Shown here: positions 48,901-62,842 of the stretch, piece after piece
How the letters are laid out: every line of letters starts with the position of its first letter
How positions within the stretch are numbered: the first letter of the stretch is position 1
Translations under genes and position numbers: made by a program
Assembly: GCA_013239625.1 (NCBI GenBank)
Contig: MU054323.1
Coordinates: 6,375,220-6,439,219, forward strand
DNA: 64,000 nt
Origin: Lama guanicoe
Taxonomy: Eukaryota
Direction of reading: 5' to 3'
The notes under the pieces: generated by a model
The model's input: the letters and a program-made list of their open reading frames with translations, nothing else
Database searches by the model: none
What the model was told of the DNA's origin: nothing

Positions 48901-49912
48901 TTTTGTCTAGAATATTAATTCAGTATCCATCTTGGTTTTGAGAACAATAAATTTGCTAGGAATAGCAATTCAGTGAGACAGAAAAAAAAATGAAGAAAAT
49001 GATTTTGAAGTTAGACACGTTTAATTGAATTCCAGACTGCAGGATTTTCGAGGCTTCTGTTATTTCTTAATTCCCTTGAGCCGTAATTTCTTTGTGTGTT
49101 AATGTGGAAGGTTAATTCTTAGATTTTTGAGATTTTACTGATCTGTTCTAGAAAACAAGAGTAGTAGAACTGAAGACAACTAATTCCATTGACAATTAAT
49201 TTGAGACTATTTTATTTTTGTATAATTATCAGAGTATTTCAAAAGCCTATCCCAAGTGCCTCCCACTTAGGGAGTCTTACTATTAATCATTTTTTCCATT
49301 GTGGAAAAAAATATATAGCATAAAACCCATTTTTAAGTGTATAATTCGATGATGTTAATTGCATTCATATGTGTGATAGAAATCAACCTGTTATATTTTC
49401 TGGCAGATGTTTAACTGGAAGTTTTGTTATGGAAATGGAAAAATTTAATACCATGAACTATTTCCTGAAGACTGTTGCTTTAAATTATTGAAAATGTGAC
49501 TTGTTTATAAAAATAGTTATTATTGATACTTGATAGCTGTAATGACTAAAGGAATTCAAATAGGATTCACTAATGATTAAATGAATTCAAATAGAGGCCT
49601 GATTGTATCACATTATAGGATGTGAGAAAAGATGGGTTTTACTTACCAGGTGACTATGGGCAAGTCACTTGACCATGTTAGGATTCAAAATGTCTGTGAT
49701 CTGAATTTTTTTTTTTGCCTTAGAATGGACTGTGAGGGCAGAAAGATTCAAATATTCTTTAAAAAGTACTTGATGATATGATTTGAGGTAGAAAAATTGA
49801 ATTTACAGAGAACTTTCCAGGGATATGTCACATAAAATATTATGAGTCTAAGTAGTATTAATAATTTAATTTTTTAATACTTAATTTTCAATTTTTCATT
49901 CTGTCATTTTAG

Positions 49913-49981
49913 GCATTAGCTAAAGAAGATATTGATGCTGCTATTCAATCAATATTATATAGAGAAAATTATGTAATTAAG
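49913..49981 (+). CDS. FAM228B: FAM228B coding exon 2 (ALAKEDIDAAIQSILYRENYVIK)
   Basis: ttttag|GCA...AAG|gtagga, 69 nt, phase 0. Confidence 0.9.
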
Positions 49982-50864
49982 GTAGGAATTGGCTGCAGAA
50001 TGTCTCAATTAAAAATTAAACTTTGTTTTTCCATTTTAGATACAGTGCATTGTCATAAAAATTTTATAAAATACAGAAAACCGAATTAAAACATTCATTA
50101 GTCTTTAGGATTAACCTCAAAAGATCTCTGAGATTGCTTTAATTTGCTTCCTCTTTTCCTATACTTTGTGGGGATTCTTTCATAGATACTTTGTAAGAGT
50201 TTCCTTCTACTCAACTTGTTCCTTCATTTTAGTGGGGCTTCTGTGCAGTCACTATGTATTCTTAAGAGCTTTAAGAGTTGTTACTGGAACACACCAATTA
50301 TTACTCAGGTGTTCATAGGTAAGAACAAGGCTTTAACTGTAGCAGGATAGGTTGAATTATAAGACAAGACAATTGTCCATGTGAAGTGTACTAAACACTG
50401 GAGTGGGTAACCTATTTTTGTTTTTAAGAATTTTCTTTAGAGTTGTTTAAAAAGGAAAGGAGCTATTCATTGAGAATAGTTGAAATGTGCTATGAGCTGA
50501 AGTTAGGAATATGGCCTAGAGAAGATCTCAGGGTTTTTATTATTTTATTTTTTTTCATTTTAAATTTCATGTTGTTCCTACTAGTAATCACATGATTTTA
50601 TTTGCTAGATGAAAGGTGAATGAGAAGTTCTGGTGAGATTGATTTAGTTTATAGCCTAATTCAGGCATTTTCTTTGCAGGCTACTTATCATTTGTACCAA
50701 GTTGTGCCACAGTTCTGCCTCTTCACTCTTGTCTCTTTTCTTTGTTCCCATAGGATATTCTTCTTCCTCATTCTCTGTCCTTCCTTTTTTCCTATATAAC
50801 TCTGTTTTTTAAGGCCCATCCCAATTGTCTACTACTTTGGGAATCTTTTTGTAAAATTTAATTA

Positions 50865-51367
50865 TTTTTCTAATGTGGTAAAATACATAAAATTTGCTAT
50901 GTTTAACCATTTTTGAGTGTACGATTCAGTGACATTAATTACATTCATGTGTTGTGCAACCAGCATCACTATCTATTTCCAAAATATTTTCATCACCCCA
51001 AGAAAAACTTTGTATTCCTTAAGTAAGAACTCCCCATTTCTCCTTCCCCAAGCCTCTGATAACCTCTAATTTACTTTCTGTCTCTGTGGATTTGCCTATT
51101 CTAGATATTTCATATAAATGGAGTCCTATGTTTGTCCTTCTGTGTCTGGCTTATTTCACTTAGCATATTGTTTTTAAGGTTCATCTATGTTATAGCACGT
51201 GTCAGAACTGTGCTCCTTTTTTGGCTGTATAATATTCTATTGTATGTATTTACCACAGTTTGTTTATATATTCATCTGCTGATGGACACTGGAGTTGTTT
51301 CCACCTCTTGGCTATTGTGAATAATACTGCAGTGAACACTGGTGTATAAGTATCTGTTTGAGCCCCA
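50865..51367 (-). mobile_element. L1M 3' end
   Basis: gtctggcttatttcacttagcat, ttggctattgtgaataatactgc. Confidence 0.8.
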
Positions 51368-51619
51368 CATATATCTTGCTATATTGTTCCTCCTCCCATT
51401 GTTTTGTAGTCTGTCTCTCAGGGAGAACGGGCATATTATCTAATTTATTCATGTATTCTTGGTTTCCAGTATAGTGTGAGTCACAAAGTAGAAGCCAAAT
51501 CAATGATTTAATTAATGAATGATTTTTGTGGTTATTCTTAGGAATATAAATGAAGTTTGAATTTTGGAACAAGAAAGCTTTAAGATAATATATTTGTCTT
51601 TCCTGTCACTGCCTACTAG

Positions 51620-51877
<258 letters not shown>

Positions 51878-52476
51878 TAATCATTCTAACAGCCTGCCCT
51901 TTCCAACTCTGTGTACATGTGATCTGTCCTCTATTATAGCAGATACTGTTCTTGAATCCAGAGCATGCGGAAAGGGTGGAGGGGGAGGATAGGGCTAGGT
52001 TTAAACATGTACATTAGAATCTCATTTTTTTCTTTTTTTTTCCCGTGTAATTATAATTTGTCCTTCCAGTTTTAAAAATTGGATTCTGAGTTCAAGATAT
52101 ATATATTTTTAAATTCTGGAACTTGATCATTTGCAAAGCTATAAAATATTTCTGTTCTCCTGGCATTTTTAACAGATCTGAGATGCTTAACTAGTAAGCA
52201 TCTAAAAACAAATCCCCAAATCTTTTAGTGTTCCAACATTCTTTATGAAAATCTTGCAAATTTTTAGCAGATTCTGTCTATCACTATAATATTTATTACT
52301 TAAATACATTAAATTTAATTTCCAGTTTGGTCATCCTCTCCCTTTTGCATTTGTCATTGATGCCATTTCAAAGCATAAAAGTGGAACTGTATATTTGATT
52401 ACTCTTGAGACCTGTTATGCTCAAAATTAATTATTCACCTCCTGATCTTATGTGTGGTTTTATTTCCTTTCTATAG

Positions 52477-52566
<90 letters not shown>

Positions 52567-52654
52567 TAATTTTAACTTTGGTATTATGTGGTTGGTTTTT
52601 TTGAGCTGTCACTCTAGTGGAAATTAAAATATTTATGAGTTTGCATTGCTTAAC

Positions 52655-52688
52655 ATATATATGCACGTGTGTGTGTGTGTGTGTGTGT
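52655..52688. repeat. (TA)n/(GT)n microsatellite
   Basis: tatatatgcacgtgtgtgtgtgtgtgtgtgtgt. Confidence 0.9.
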
Positions 52689-53362
52689 CCTTTAGTGATT
52701 CCCTAAAAATGCGATAACGTCTTAAGAATCATGTCCCATCTCCATATCTTAGAAACGAACAAAAAAAGCCAAAGTCTGAAGTAAATTAAACCTGAAATCT
52801 CTATAACATTTAAAAATATTACATAATAATTGGGTAATAGGTAATGTTTAAAAATTTCATAGAGTTAAATTTGTTACAAAAGTAATTCATTTTTATGACA
52901 TATAAATGAGAAAAATCAGTTTTCAAATAAAGGATAAAATGACTCATAATTCCATTACCTAGAATGAACTCAGATTTCTGTGTATCCTTCAAAACTTGTT
53001 TCTATATGTAGATATATATACACATTTTTCTTTTGTAAGAATGAGATCATACTACACATTTGGTTTTAAAATCTCCTTTTTTTCCCTTAATAATTTATGA
53101 TTTGCTTCTTTCTTTGTCAATAAATGTAAATATACAGTTCTAACCAATGCATGGTTTTCTGTTATTAATAACAGTTAACTTGCACTGCGGACTTAACCAA
53201 ATGTTAGGAATTTTTTTTTTTCATTTTATTTTACATTCTCTGCTAATTTACAGATAAGGCAAGTGAGGCACCAATAAGTTACTTGTCCAAGGTCACATAG
53301 CTGTAATCAGGAAAGTGTAGATGTGTTTCTAACCATATGTAGTTTCTTACTATACCATCTTT

Positions 53363-53420
53363 TTTTTAAACATTTTTTATTGATTTATAATCATTTTACA
53401 ATATTGTGTCAAATTCCAGT
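53363..53420 (-). mobile_element. 58-bp extremely 5'-truncated L1 insertion with a 13-bp TSD
   Basis: TSD ctataccatcttt at 53350-53362 and 53421-53433; insert is an antisense L1 terminus (ttttttattgatttataatcattttacaatattgtgtcaaattccagt). Confidence 0.85.
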
Positions 53421-54129
53421 CTATACCATCTTTAAAAAAAATTCTCTATTTTGAATGTCTTAATTGTTTTTGACCTATTGCTGTTATAAATGACATTATG
53501 ATGAACATTCCTGTAACTATGTATTTCTTAATTTTTTCCTTACGTAAGTTGCTACACGTAGAATTGCTGGGTTAAAGGTTATGCATGATTTTGATTCATA
53601 TCACCAAATTGTCTTCCAAAATAGTTGTATTAATTTGCACCTCCACCAGAGAATCTGACACTTTTGCTAATAGTGCAAATGTCAACACAATGAAAAAGGC
53701 ATATGGTATCTGGCACTATTATGAAAAGATTTGGCCTAATGGACCTCCTAAAAGAGCTTTAGGACTCTCAAAGATCTATGTACCTCAATTTGAGAACTGC
53801 TGCCATAACTTCAAATAAATAGTGGATAAATAAAACAAAAAACTTACTTTTGGTCATAGACATTTTAAACTGCTGGCAGTTGCAAAGTAGGGCTTTAAAA
53901 TTTTTTCCTCCAGTTGGTGTGTGTGTATGTGCTATTGTCCCTGTTTTTATAGGTGAGAGTTAAACTGAGAGTTTAGAATTAGAGCCTCAGATGTACCAAC
54001 TAGTAACATAGCCAGATAGGGTCAGAATTGGGATTTGAAACCAGATCTTTTTGATACCCAAATTCCATTCTGATCTTTCACCATGCTGCTTCTCTAAATG
54101 AAGCTGATAGGTGACCTTTTAAGGTTAAG

Positions 54130-55115
54130 CTCTGCACTTTGAAGTTGTATAAATTTGCACTGATGGTGCAGAAGCAATGGTGAGTAAAACTGCTAGTGTC
54201 TTAGAACAAGTTAAATCAGTGTCACCTAATTGTACTGGTAGTCATTATATTTTTCACTGCCATGCAGTCATAGGAAAAGAATTTAATTTCGCTTGAGAAT
54301 GTCCTTGATCAAATAGTAAAAATGATTAATTTTATTAAGTGCTTCTCCTTTAGCACATATCTTTTTTGTTTTTTCTTCCTTTTTTTGGTGAAAGAAAGTG
54401 CGGCGTTTATTGCAGAATGCCCTGCAAGGAGTCTGGGACAGCTAGTGCTCAAAATACCCAAACTCCGCTACACATCCACTTCACTTTTAGTATTCTGTGA
54501 TGAAATGGGAAGCATTCAAAGAGTACCTCTGCATGTTGAAATACAGTATGGTTGTTTGAATTATGAGCTGAACTGCTGATTTTTTTTTCATGGAACATCA
54601 TTTTTACTTGAAGGAATGACTTACAGACTATAGTTATTAAGTCTTGGGTGTTTGGTGGACAGTTTCTGGAAAGTTAATGAAGTGAGTCTGTCATTTCAAG
54701 AAAAACAGCTTACAGTATTTGTTGCCAATGATAAAATGTGAGCTTTCAAGCAGAAATCTGGATTTTTGAAAAATCATTCCATACTGAGTGTTTCAGTTCC
54801 CAAAGACTTTACTGATGAGATTGGCAAGATGTTAATGAATGTGATTTTGGTATAATGAAATGTATTAACATTTGCAGGTCCTCACATAACTCAGTGATCT
54901 AATTTTTTGTAAACAACCAAATCATAATATGGTTAAAAGATCGATTCAATGTTCAAGACAGACCAATGGATTTTAATGTAGCAGAGTTTGAATAACTCAT
55001 TGATGTGGTTTCAGATTCCACATCATAACTAACCTTAAAGAAACTATTGCTTGTTGAGTTTGGGTATAGTTTGAGTATAGTATCTAAAAAGAATATCCAC
55101 AATAATCTGAAAAGG
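54130..55115 (+). mobile_element. Charlie1-like hAT transposon internal fragment
   Basis: ctgatggtgcagaagcaatggtgagtaaaactgct, aatgaagtgagtctgtcatttcaag, aaaagaatatccacaataatctgaaaaggc. Confidence 0.75.
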
Positions 55116-55343
55116 CCTTTTAATATAAGCACTAAGCATGCTGCTTTGGCTGGAGGGCCTTGCTAAGAGATGTACTGGAGTGTCCCCAACTCTTTGTAAT
55201 GTGTTAAATATATATAATGATTAGACTGCCCTTAGTATGTAGATACTGTAATCTCGATTCTGGCATAACAGCCATACATGGATGCTTAAAATAGCCTGGA
55301 AAAGACCTGCAACCCAGTCCTCAAAGAAGTGCTTTTCTTGTAG

Positions 55344-55436
<93 letters not shown>

Positions 55437-55506
55437 TAGTTCCTAATTGTCATGTGATTTCATAACCCAAGAGCAATGAGAGTTGCATTTAAGGGTGCTA
55501 ATTTAG

Positions 55507-55683
<177 letters not shown>

Positions 55684-55772
55684 TAATGGTTAATATAATA
55701 GAAGTCATGGAACCTCTTGGAATTTGAAAACTTTTACTTGAGATAGTGATATAAATTTTCTCATAATAACGA

Positions 55773-55902
55773 TTTTTTTTTATCTTTTTGTGGGGGGAGA
55801 TAATTAGGTTTACTTATTTACTTTTGATGGAGATACTGGGGATTGAACCCAGGACCTTGTGCATGCTAAGCATGCACTGTACCACTGAGCTATACTCTCC
55901 TC
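55773..55902 (-). mobile_element. Camelid-type tRNA-derived SINE
   Basis: ggggattgaacccaggaccttgtgcatgctaagcatgcactgtaccactgagctatactc. Confidence 0.92.
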
Positions 55903-56194
55903 TCACTACTTTTTTTTATTTTTTAATTTCATTTTTCAGTGAGAAATCTGTAATTCTTGTCTTCATTCCTCTGTGTGTGATGTTTCTTTTTTCTTGGGTA
56001 CTTTCAAGATTTTACTTGTCTTTGGTTTTCATTAGCTGGAGTGTGATGTGCCTGGGTGTTTTTTCCCCCTTTCTTTCTGTTTATCCTGCTTAGTGTTCTC
56101 TGAAATTCTTTGTGGTTTGATGTCTTTCATTATTGGGGGGGAAATTCTAGGCCATTGTCATTTCAAGTATTTCTTACGCCCTATTTCTCCTGTT

Positions 56195-56857
56195 CTTTTT
56201 TTTTAATTGAAGTATAGTTGATGTACAATTTTATATAGGTTTCAGGTGTATATCATAGTGATACATAGTTTTTAAAGGTTATACTCCATTTATAGTTATT
56301 GTAAAATACTGGCTATATTCCCTGTGCTGCACAGTATATCCTTATAGTGTATTTATTTTATACATAGTAGTTTGTACCTCTTAATCTCCTACCTCTAACT
56401 TACCCCTCTCCCTGCTCTCTCTCCACTGGTAATAACTAGTCTATTCTCTATATTTGTAAGTCTGTTTCTTTTTCGTTATATTCACTAGTTTGTTTTATTT
56501 TTAGATTCCACATATAAGTGATATCATACAGTATTTATCTTTCTCTGACTTATTTCACTAAGCGTAATACCCTCCAAGTCCATCTATGTTGTTGCAAATG
56601 GCAAAATTTCATTATTTTTTTTTTATGAATGAGTAGAATTTCTGTGTGTGCACACACATGTGTGTATATATGTATAAAACACATCTTCTTTATTCATCTG
56701 TTGATGGACACAAGTTACTTTCATATCTTGGGTATTGTAAATAATGCTGCTGTGAACATTGGGGTGCATGTATCTTTTTGAATTAGTGCTTTAATTTTTT
56801 TCAGATATATACCCAGGAGTGGAAATGCTGAGTCATATGGTAGATATATTTTTAGTT
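56195..56857 (-). mobile_element. Artiodactyl-type L1 3' end nested in an older L1
   Basis: ttttaattgaagtatagttgat ... ttagattccacatataagtgatatcatacag ... atacccaggagtgg. Confidence 0.88.
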
Positions 56858-58494
56858 CCATTCTTGTTTTGTTTTTTAAACTTCTGAGACTCCAATTATA
56901 TGTATGTTAGATGATTTGATACTGTCCAATAGCTCTTTAGCTCTTAGATACTCTTTTTTTTTTTAACTAATATTTCAGTTGGACAATTTCTACTGACCTA
57001 TTTTTAAGTTCACTGAGTCTTTCTTCAGCTGAGTCCTATCTGTTGATCACCATTAAATGAGTGTTTCCTCAGTTCTGTCTTATATACCAAAGAGCCCATT
57101 AAAAGAATTCTTTGTGTCTGATATGATTTTTATTACTAGTATTTCCATTTGATTTTTTCCCCATAGTTTTAACTTTTTTCTAAAATTCTCCATCTCCTCA
57201 TACATATTGTTCATCTTTCCACTAGATTCTTTAACATACTAATCATAGTTATTTTAAATTCTCTATTTTAGAGTTCCAACATTAGGGGTTATTCTGAATC
57301 TGGTTCTGTTCATTGCATTATCTCTTGACAGTTACTTTGTCTTTTTTTTTATCCCTTGTAATTATTGATTGAATGCCAGGTATTTGAGGTTATTTTGTTT
57401 TGGTTTTTGGGGGCATTTCTTGTAATTTTTGATTGAATGCCAGGCATTAAAGGTAGAACAGTATAGACTGAATATTTGTGTCCAAAAATGCATATACTTC
57501 TTTGTCAAACATTAGTGTAGAGAATCTGGCTTATCTAGTCAGATGTTGAGCTGGGTTTAGGTATTATTGCCATTTGTTACCTTCAATGCACCACAGGCTT
57601 CAAATACCTCTAGTGGCGGGCTGCTGTTACTTGTGCTTAGGATTGGGACTGGGGTACCTGAGGAGTTTTGTCAAATGTTCCTGTGCCCCCCTCAGTTTTT
57701 GGCTATCCCTGTAAGTTTGCATCACAGAGGTGGAGGAGGTAGGGTCTCTCCATGCTCTTGCTTCATCCCCAGAAGTATACTGTAGTTGCTTATTGCTAGG
57801 CTTGAAGTCGGGGTGGAGGAACATTCTCTGTTTTCTTTATCTAGCCTCAGATTTAGGCAAGCACTGTGTTCTCAGGCTTCAAGAGTAGTGATTTCTTAAT
57901 GAGTTTCTTTCTCTTCTTGTAACAGCCAAACACTGCATTGTGATGGTGGTTGTGCTTGGATGGTAGTTTGCTGCCTCTCTTTCAATAGTAGCAGACCTCT
58001 GCTTGGCAGTTTCTTGTACCTCCCCCTGGAACAGAGAGTTTTTACTCACATCCCTGACCTCATAACATGTATCCTTACCTCTGTCCTGGGGTTAGGAGGA
58101 TTCCCATTCCTACTCCAGAGACAGACAGATTTTGCTTTTCCTCCTCTCTCAGAAGCTAGATCTTTGCTTTTCCTCCTGAAGGAAAGAGTTTGCTCCCTTT
58201 ACCCCAGCAGCTTTTGCTTATAGGGGGGAAGGGCCCGGGGAAGTGGGAAGGACATTACACTTGTCTGCCTACAGCTGTCAGTCTATTCCTGCACATCCTT
58301 GTCACTAATGGGGGCTGTCTCTGGTTTTCTGCCCTGTGCCCAGTCTTTCTTGTTAGCACCTGGTGCAGGCCCATGGAGAAGAGCTTGCACATGTGTGTAA
58401 ACACTTCTTGTATGAGGGCTCCCCAGCTTTTCCAAAGTGTCATGCTAGCCCACACTTGGCCTTTAAGGATTCATTAAATTTTTAGCTGATTATC

Positions 58495-59700
58495 TTTTGT
58501 TTTTAATTAATAGGCCTAAATTTGTAGAGCAGTTTTCAGTTTATAGAAAATTTAAGCAGAAAGTACAGAGAGTTTTCATATTTCTTCTTCCTATTCCCCT
58601 CATCTAATTTCCCTATTAACATCTAGCATTAGTGTGGTACATTTTTTACAATTGGTGAACCAACATTGATACATTATTGCTAACTAAAGTCTATAGTTTA
58701 TGTTAGAGTTCACTCTTTTTGAACAGTTATATGGATTTTGACAAATGCATAATGTGGTGTATCTACCATTACAGTGTCATATAGAATAGTTTGACTGACC
58801 TAAAAATCCTGCATGTTTCACCTCTTCATCACTCTCTCCATAAACCCCCGGTCACTACTGATCTTTTTACCATCCCTTTGGTTTTGTCTTTTCCAAAGTG
58901 TTATATATAGGTAGAATCATACAGTTCATTATGCATAAAGTAATTTTTCATACTGTCTTCTTTCACTTAGTAATATGCATTTGTTTTCCCCATGTCTTTT
59001 TGTCACTTTATAGCTCTGTTTTTAATTGCTAAATAATATTCCATCATATAGATGTATCACAATTTATCCATTCACCTACTGAAAGGCATCTTGGTTGCTT
59101 CCGAGTTATGGCAATTATGAATAAAGCTGCAGGTTTTTGTGTAGACATGTGTTTTCAACTCGTTTGGGTAAATAATAAGGAGTGCCATTTGCTGGATTCT
59201 ATGGTAAAACTATGTTTAACTTTATAAGAAACTATCAGACTTTTCCAAAGTTGCTGTACCATTTTGCATTCGCAACAGTGATGGATGAGAGTTCCTGTTG
59301 CTCCACATCTTCACCAACATTTGGTGTTGCTGGTGTTTTGGATTTTAGCCATTGTATTAGATATGTAGTGGTATCTCGTTATTGTTTTAATTTGCATTTC
59401 CCTAATGATATAAGATGTTGAGCATCTTTTCACATGCTGATTTGCCATTTGTGTATCTTCTTTGGTGAGATGTCTGTTCAGATCTTTCACTCATTTTTAA
59501 ATGTTTATTTTCTTATTGTTGAATTTTAAGTGTTTTTGTTTTGTTTTGTTTTATATTTTGGATATGAGGCCTTTATCAGATATGTGTTTTGTAAATACAT
59601 TCTCCTAGGCTGTGGTTTATTTTTTTTTTCTCTTAATAGTGCTCTTTGCAGAGCGGAAGTTTTAAGTTTTAATGAAGTCCAAGTTATCAGTTTTTTTTTT
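58495..59700 (-). mobile_element. L1M 3' fragment
   Basis: ttacaattggtgaaccaacattgatacattat, tttgcatttccctaatgatataagatgttgagcatc. Confidence 0.85.
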
Positions 59701-60180
59701 TTCCTTTTTTCCTGCTTGTAAGGAAGCAGCCTTTCTTCCATGCTCTAGCAAAGACTGAAATGGTTGTGTCCTTCCTCCCCTTGAAGGGACTTTCCTTTTT
59801 TGGAATTCCATTTACTTGGTTGCCTTCAGGTCTCATGGACTCAATAAAAGTTATGATTTTGTAGATTATCTGACCTTTTCTTGTCATTAGGGTGGGAGCA
59901 ATATTATTTGAAACTTTCTACATTCTAAGTGGAAGTGGAACTCTAATAATTTTATTTCTTATTTAAAAAAAATTGCCACAAATGGCACTGTAGTATACAA
60001 AAAAGAAATAAACCTTAAGGCAGAATTCTGAAAGAATGGGCTGTCTACTTTTTTTCATTGCCTTTGAACATCGTAATCCTAACAACTCAGGTGATGAGGA
60101 AGGGTCCACCCAAACCGGGAGTCTGTTTATAGCAGATTAACTCAGGATGTGTGTGAAGATGATGATATTGAGAATATTGA

Positions 60181-60367
60181 TTTCTTTGGCATATATATTT
60201 TTATTGAAGTATAGTCAGTTTACAATGTTGTGTCCATTTCTGGTGTACAGCCTGATGCTTCAGTCATACATGAACATACATATATTTGTTTTCATATTCT
60301 TTTTCACCATAAGTTACTACAAGATATTTTATATAGTTCCCGGTGCTGTATAGTATGAACTTATTGT
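60181..60367 (-). mobile_element. Camelid-type L1 3' end with a 13-bp TSD
   Basis: TSD ttgagaatattga at 60168-60180 and 60368-60380; ttgaagtatagtcagtttacaatgttgtg. Confidence 0.88.
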
Positions 60368-60791
60368 TTGAGAATATTGAAATATTAGCTCATTTTTTAT
60401 AATGAGCTAATAATGGGCATATGGTAGGTTCCAACTGCAGTATTTATTTTTACCCTCATAAAGGTTCTGGAGATGACTAATTAGTAAGCAAAAGGTTTTC
60501 TGGACGCTTGTCTGGATTCTTCTCTATGACTCATGTTGCTCCACTCTCAGGAGGGCTAATGTGTTTGGGGAAGACTGGGTTACCTGAGCCCTTGTACTAA
60601 GTGTTAGTCTTTGCGTGTATCATATGCAAATATCTTACATCTTAATTTTTAAAATATGTCTTTCATATTTTCCATCTGCTTTGGTAATTTCTTTGGATAT
60701 ATTTTCCAGTTTACTAATTATTTCTTCACTCACTCATTTTATTTTATCCTAATGAATATTTGATATTTATAAAATCTGTTAACAAGAAGCA

Positions 60792-60919
60792 AACTTATTT
60801 AAACTTACAATGAAAAACTGTTGGTGTCAGCTTTAAAATGTGCAAACGGTCATTTAACTTATTTAAACTTACAATGAAAAACTGTTGGTGTCAGCTTTAA
60901 AATGTGCAAACGGTCATTT
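60792..60919. repeat. Perfect 64-bp tandem duplication
   Basis: aacttatttaaacttacaatgaaaaactgttggtgtcagctttaaaatgtgcaaacggtcattt x2. Confidence 0.95.
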
Positions 60920-62731
60920 GGTTTTTCAAAACTTTTTCTAAGGAATATATAATCAAAACTGTTTGAAGATCACTGCCTCAGAGCTTTTAGTCAGCCATTA
61001 TTTATATTTTTTTTTTGTTCATATATATATATGTATGTTTATATAAGGACAGTAATTGGGTGGCACAAAGTCAGTATTTGTTTCATGGACTAATGAAGTA
61101 ATAATTGGATATGGTGAGCAAGGAGAAGGGGAGGTCAAAGAATTTGATATTTAAATCTAGGTCACTGGGAGGATGGAGGCATTATCAGTAGAAGAAGGAA
61201 CATAGAGGGAGCAGGTTCAGAAATGCAGTTGATGAGATCAGTTTTGTTCATATGGAGTTTTATATACTGGTGATCCTTGCAGGTAAAGATGTATTACAGA
61301 TTGTTGGAAAAGTGAGACTACTGCTGAAGAGAGAAGAGGATTTGAGGCTGGCTGGAAAACAGCATTGAAGAGTTACTCACTTTGGAATTCGAGTAGAAGC
61401 AAAAGAATGGATTAGATAGGCTGAGGAGAGAATACTGAGAAAAAGAAAATAAAATACTGAGATGAAAAACTGTGTTGTAAAATTTAGGAGTTGGAAGCAA
61501 GAAAAGGAGATAGAAGAAGCTGTCTGTGATTTGCCACAGATGTCGGTAGAGGGTAGAGTGACTAGAAGGATCAGGCACTATGCCAGAAGCTTTGGCATAT
61601 AGAGAACTGGGAAGCCATTGCGTTTGTTAACTAAGGATATTACTGCCTGTGCTTTTAGTTGGCTCTGAGCAAAACGAGAGATAGTTAAGAAGGTTTAATT
61701 GGATAATACCCTTCTCCTCCAAACTTTTCATGATCATTTGGCACCCTTACTATATACTCTTTATCTGAAAGTTCTGCCCCGGGACAGCCTTGCCTAAGAA
61801 AGTTTCTGTAGACAAATGAGTCACTGCATTAGCCCTTCTCAGATATATTAATATAGGAAACCCTTTTGTCCTCTTGTTAGTAATGCTTTATACCTTAGAT
61901 TAAGGTATAAATTTCTTTTACTCAAAACATGTTTCAAAATCTGCATTCTTTAGGAAAACTCATTCTGATTAAATCAGGACCACCCTGGTCCTTTCCATTA
62001 ATTCTTTGTGTGGCTATCTGCATGTTGCGTATGTTAGGAGAGTGGCTCTTGGTTTCAGACAACTGAGTTCACTCAGAAAGGGATTCATTTATTGATGACT
62101 TATATTGCTCACAAAATCATTGAGAGGTCTTAAGAAATAGAACTGAGTTTCAGGAATAACTCCCAAAATCACAGTGTAGAACTGGCTGGCCAAGGGATGT
62201 GTTGTTTCTGCTATGATCAAGAAACTGCAGAATCAGGAAGCTGCTGCTTCCGCTGTTGGCCTAGAACCACACCAAGTCTGCTGTAATCTGTGCCAGCAAA
62301 ATGGATGCTCCTCACAGGGCCAGCATCACCCTTCCAACCAACTCTTGAGCAAGACTGGAGGGATCTAAGGCACCTGCCTGCCACCTTAGGGCAATGGGGA
62401 CTGGGGAATGGAGTGTTTGGGTTCCTTCTTAGGAAAAGCACTTTACATATATGCTTGTAAGTGACACAATCTCTGTGGCTTCTTTTTACATTTATTTAGA
62501 GTATCAGCTCTGGGATATAGAGAGCACTTTAAACTTTGCCTAGCTGATTCTAGGTTCTCAGTAAATAGTAAGCCAATCTCCATCAGAGTTAAACACCCAA
62601 GAATGTACACCAGCTTGAAGTAGTGGTATTTTGGACAATATACATAGCAGTCAATGTATAGCAATAATTTATGTATAAATGCAACTTCATACTGTTTTCA
62701 AAACATCTTCTCACACATGCTATCTTGTTAA

Positions 62732-62842
<111 letters not shown>

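Noticed and set aside
60091..60150. GTGATGA box-C-like motif, or a cryptic FAM228B exon after cctaacaactcag that would give an immediate stop at 229 aa
   Set aside because: No box D or terminal stem for a snoRNA; the acceptor lacks a pyrimidine tract and the branch-like motif is too close to the AG.
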